Assembly: GCA_965657945.1 (NCBI GenBank)
Contig: CBFHPW010000006.1
Location: 18,702 to 82,701 of the forward strand
Direction: 5' to 3'
Origin: Flavobacteriales bacterium
Lineage (GTDB): Bacteria > Bacteroidota > Bacteroidia > Flavobacteriales_D > CAJJDF01
DNA length: 64,000 nt
Shown: in pieces, positions 61,439-64,000 of the stretch
How the letters are laid out: each line of letters opens with the position of its first letter
How positions within the stretch are numbered: the first letter of the stretch is position 1
Made by a program: the position numbers and the translations under genes
Notes under the pieces: generated by a model
What the model saw: only the letters and a program-made list of their open reading frames with translations
The model's database searches: none
What the model was told of the DNA's origin: nothing

Positions 61439-62497
61439 ATGTCTACCATTCACGAAGAAGTAAAAGATTATTACGGCAAAGAATTACAGAAATCGGAAGA
61501 TTTGAAAACAAACGCTTGTTGCACATTAACAAAGCCGCCCAAGCATATTTTGGAGGCATTAAATGAGGTAGCGCCAGAAGTACAAGCAAAGTATTATGGA
61601 TGTGGCCTTACTATTCCTTCTAATGTGAGAGGTCTCCGAATGTTAGATTTGGGTTCTGGTAGTGGAAGAGACTGTTACATAGCAGCAAAACTTGTAGGCG
61701 AACAAGGATATGTGGTAGGAGTAGATATGACAGACGAACAATTGAAAGTTGCCAACGATCACATAGAATATCATCGGGGAAAATTTGGGTATAAAAAATC
61801 GAATGTTGAATTCTTGAAAGGAAACATCGAAAAACTAGATGAATTGAATCTCGAGAAAGGCTCGTTTGATGTCATTATTTCTAATTGTGTTATCAACTTA
61901 GCGATGGATAAACAAAAAGTGTTGAAAGATGCTTACGATTTGCTAAAACCGGGAGGAGAAATGTACTTTTCTGATGTATATTCTGACCGAAGAATTCCTA
62001 ATGAGTTACAACAAGACAAAGTGCTTTGGGGAGAATGCTTGAGCGGAGCACTCTATTGGAATGATTTCTTGAGAACAGCAAAAGCAGCTGGTTTCTCAGA
62101 CCCAAGAGCAGTAGAAGACAAACCCATAACTATCGAGAATCAAGAGGTAGAAGAATTAGTTGGAGACATCAAATTTTACTCCGTAACCTACCGATTATGG
62201 AAAATAGAAGGACTAGAATCTGATTGCGAAGACTACGGGCAAGCTGTTGCTTACAACGGTGGAATTGAAGAAGAATTACAATCTTTTACGCTCGATAATC
62301 ACCACGTGTTTCCGAAAGGAAAAGTTATGAGCGTCTGTGGAAACACATTTTCCATGCTACGAGAAACAAGATTTAAAAACTATTTTGATTTTTACGGAAC
62401 TTGGGACACACATTTTGGAATTTTTGAAGGCTGTGGAGGAAGTAGCCCGTTTAGTTCCAACCAAGGAGAAGACTGCGTTGATGGCAGCTGCTGCTAA
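61439..62497 (+). CDS. arsM: Arsenite S-adenosylmethionine methyltransferase-like protein
   Basis: N-terminus 'VKDYYGKELQKSEDLKTNACCT...KYYGCGLTIP', SAM motif 'VLDLGSGSGRDCY' region, and Cys in 'SNCVINL' and 'WGECLSGA'. These correspond to the four conserved ArsM cysteines. There is an extra Cys-rich tail 'GEDCVDGSCC'. Confidence 0.7.
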   Translation: MSTIHEEVKDYYGKELQKSEDLKTNACCTLTKPPKHILEALNEVAPEVQAKYYGCGLTIPSNVRGLRMLDLGSGSGRDCYIAAKLVGEQGYVVGVDMTDEQLKVANDHIEYHRGKFGYKKSNVEFLKGNIEKLDELNLEKGSFDVIISNCVINLAMDKQKVLKDAYDLLKPGGEMYFSDVYSDRRIPNELQQDKVLWGECLSGALYWNDFLRTAKAAGFSDPRAVEDKPITIENQEVEELVGDIKFYSVTYRLWKIEGLESDCEDYGQAVAYNGGIEEELQSFTLDNHHVFPKGKVMSVCGNTFSMLRETRFKNYFDFYGTWDTHFGIFEGCGGSSPFSSNQGEDCVDGSCC

Positions 62498-62590
62498 TTC
62501 ATCTATCAAATTACTAGCCGAGATTTCTGATACTTCTCGGCTTTACCAAAAAAATCGATTCTGTATAAGTTCTACGAAAAACCGAATATT

Positions 62591-63868
62591 CTAGTAGCCG
62601 TATTTCTCTTTCCAAGTAGCTTGTAATTTTTTCCTCATTTCCGCTTCTCGAGCATTGTTACCTGGCTCAAATAATTTCTTTCCAGATAGCTCTTCGGGCA
62701 TAAATTCTTGAGCTACAAAATTCCCTTCGTGATTGTGTGAATATTTGTAATCTTTGCCATAATTCAGTTCTTTCATGAGTTTGGTGGGTGCATTCCTTAA
62801 GTGAAGCGGAACGGGCAAATTGCCTGTTTCTTTTACCAATTCTTGCGCATTGGCAATAGCCACATAACTCGCATTACTTTTAGCCGAACTGGCCAAGTAG
62901 GTTACGCATTGGGCCAAAATTATACGAGATTCAGGGAATCCAATAATCGAAACTGCCTGAAAACAATTATTGGCCATTACCAATGCAGTAGGATTGGCAT
63001 TTCCAATGTCTTCTGAAGACAATATGAGTAATCTCCTCGCTATAAATTTTGGATCCTCTCCACCTTCGATCATTCTTGCTAAATAGTAGAGAGCTGCATT
63101 CGGATCGCTTCCTCTTATCGATTTGATAAAAGCCGAAACTATATCGTAATGTTGTTCCCCAGATTTATCATACAAAATAGTTTTGTCCTTAATCAGTGTA
63201 TGAACCAGTTCGTTGGTTAATAAAACTTTACCTTCTCCTGCACTGCTAATTACCAATTCGAGTAAATTCAACAATTTACGTGCATCACCTCCCGATAATT
63301 TAATCAACTCCTCGGTTTCTTTTACTTCAATATCTAATTGGGAAAGTTCTTTATCGTCCTTAACCGCTTTTCTGATTAAATCATCTAAGTTTTTTTTGGA
63401 AAAATGCTCTAACACATACACCTGACTTCTTGAAAGCAAAGCCGGAATAACCTCAAAAGAGGGATTCTCGGTAGTTGCCCCAATCAACGTAATAATTCCT
63501 TTTTCTACTGCCCCAAGTAAAGAATCTTGTTGGGATTTGCTAAACCGATGAATCTCATCAATGAACAAAATGGCGTTACTTCCGCCAAACATTCCCTGGC
63601 TTTTTACTTTGTTAATAATTTCTCTGATATCCTTCACTCCCGAATTAATGGCGCTAAGAGTGTAAAAAGGTCTTTTGAGCGAATTGGCTATAATATTCGC
63701 CAAGGTTGTCTTACCAACTCCTGGAGGTCCCCATAAAATAAGTGAAGGAATAAACCCTGAATCAATCGCCTTCCGCAAAGAGGCACCTTCTCCAATCAGT
63801 TGCTCTTGCCCGAGGTAAGTATCCAATGATGTAGGTCTCAGTCGTTCTGCTAATGGTGTTTTGTTCAT
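62591..63868 (-). CDS. rarA: Replication-associated recombination protein A (AAA+ ATPase)
   Basis: '[17 protein letters not shown]', Walker A '[11 protein letters not shown]', Walker B '[10 protein letters not shown]', and a MgsA C-terminal domain. The ATG at 63868 ([12 protein letters not shown]) is preferred over the TTG at 63877. Confidence 0.9.
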   Translation of the reverse strand: MNKTPLAERLRPTSLDTYLGQEQLIGEGASLRKAIDSGFIPSLILWGPPGVGKTTLANIIANSLKRPFYTLSAINSGVKDIREIINKVKSQGMFGGSNAILFIDEIHRFSKSQQDSLLGAVEKGIITLIGATTENPSFEVIPALLSRSQVYVLEHFSKKNLDDLIRKAVKDDKELSQLDIEVKETEELIKLSGGDARKLLNLLELVISSAGEGKVLLTNELVHTLIKDKTILYDKSGEQHYDIVSAFIKSIRGSDPNAALYYLARMIEGGEDPKFIARRLLILSSEDIGNANPTALVMANNCFQAVSIIGFPESRIILAQCVTYLASSAKSNASYVAIANAQELVKETGNLPVPLHLRNAPTKLMKELNYGKDYKYSHNHEGNFVAQEFMPEELSGKKLFEPGNNAREAEMRKKLQATWKEKYGY

Positions 63869-63911
63869 TCTTTTCAATATACGATAGTTACTAAATTAGA
63901 AAAATATTCAG

Positions 63912-64000
63912 TCACCTAAAAACTTCCTCTTTTGTTCTTTTCCATCTTCTGTGAGACCATAGCCAATAGGCCGGTTTGCTGCGAATTGTCTTTTCTAACT
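63912..64000 (-). CDS. C-terminal fragment of a lipid A biosynthesis (LpxL/HtrB-type) acyltransferase-like protein; gene continues beyond the window
   Basis: Minus-strand frame from 63998 reads 'LEKTIRSKPAYWLWSHRRWKRTKEEVFR*'. The 'YWLWSHRRWK' ending is characteristic of LpxL-family C-termini as I recall them. Only 28 codons are visible. Confidence 0.45.
   Translation of the reverse strand, partial: LEKTIRSKPAYWLWSHRRWKRTKEEVFR

Noticed and set aside
62516-62542. Hairpin AGCCGAGA-(11 nt)-TCTCGGCT between the convergent arsM and rarA genes, considered as a rho-independent terminator
   Set aside because: The stem is good, but neither strand has a U-tract directly after it; on the plus strand it is followed by TTACC and then an A-run. 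It may still act as a bidirectional stop or stabiliser, but I cannot support a canonical terminator call.

Overview
AT-rich chromosomal segment from a Bacteroidota genome, probably Flavobacteriia-like. Supporting signs are three cargo proteins with T9SS C-terminal sorting domains, TAnnTTTG-type -7 promoter boxes, DUF3467 after rpoC, a PASTA gene next to rluD, and the xerC-like/hpf/tRNA/tuf arrangement. Most of the window is ordinary core genome. The centre (22.3-35.5 kb, minus strand) is the classical array tRNA-Thr(TGT)/Tyr/Gly/Thr(GGT)-tuf-tRNA-Trp-secE-nusG-rplK-rplA-rplJ-rplL-rpoB-rpoC. Housekeeping genes flank it: hutU, alaS, pckA, hpf, dnaK, rluD, ruvX, def, rarA. I found no CRISPR array, IS element, prophage or recognisable defence system. 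The best candidate for something poorly described is a tight minus-strand envelope module at 8.5-12.0 kb. It combines a di-haem cytochrome c peroxidase (MauG/MbnH-like), an MbnP-like lipoprotein, an outer-membrane barrel with a CxxC motif at its mature N-terminus, and a Cys-motif membrane protein. Immediately upstream sit a T9SS-sorted S8 protease and a translationally coupled pRiA4b-ORF3-like protein. Other points worth a second look: a membrane-anchored OmpR-type winged-helix regulator with a perfect tandem 10-bp direct repeat in its divergent promoter region; a decayed 6-phosphofructokinase gene relic missing from the ORF track; an orphan arsM at the end of a tightly packed TonB-like/T9SS/O-methyltransferase/GT-C gene string; and a symporter-methyltransferase-ZIP trio joined by identical 8-nt overlaps. 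All functional calls rest on reading motifs in the supplied translations and on recall of protein families. No database or HMM search was possible, so family names are hypotheses to confirm.
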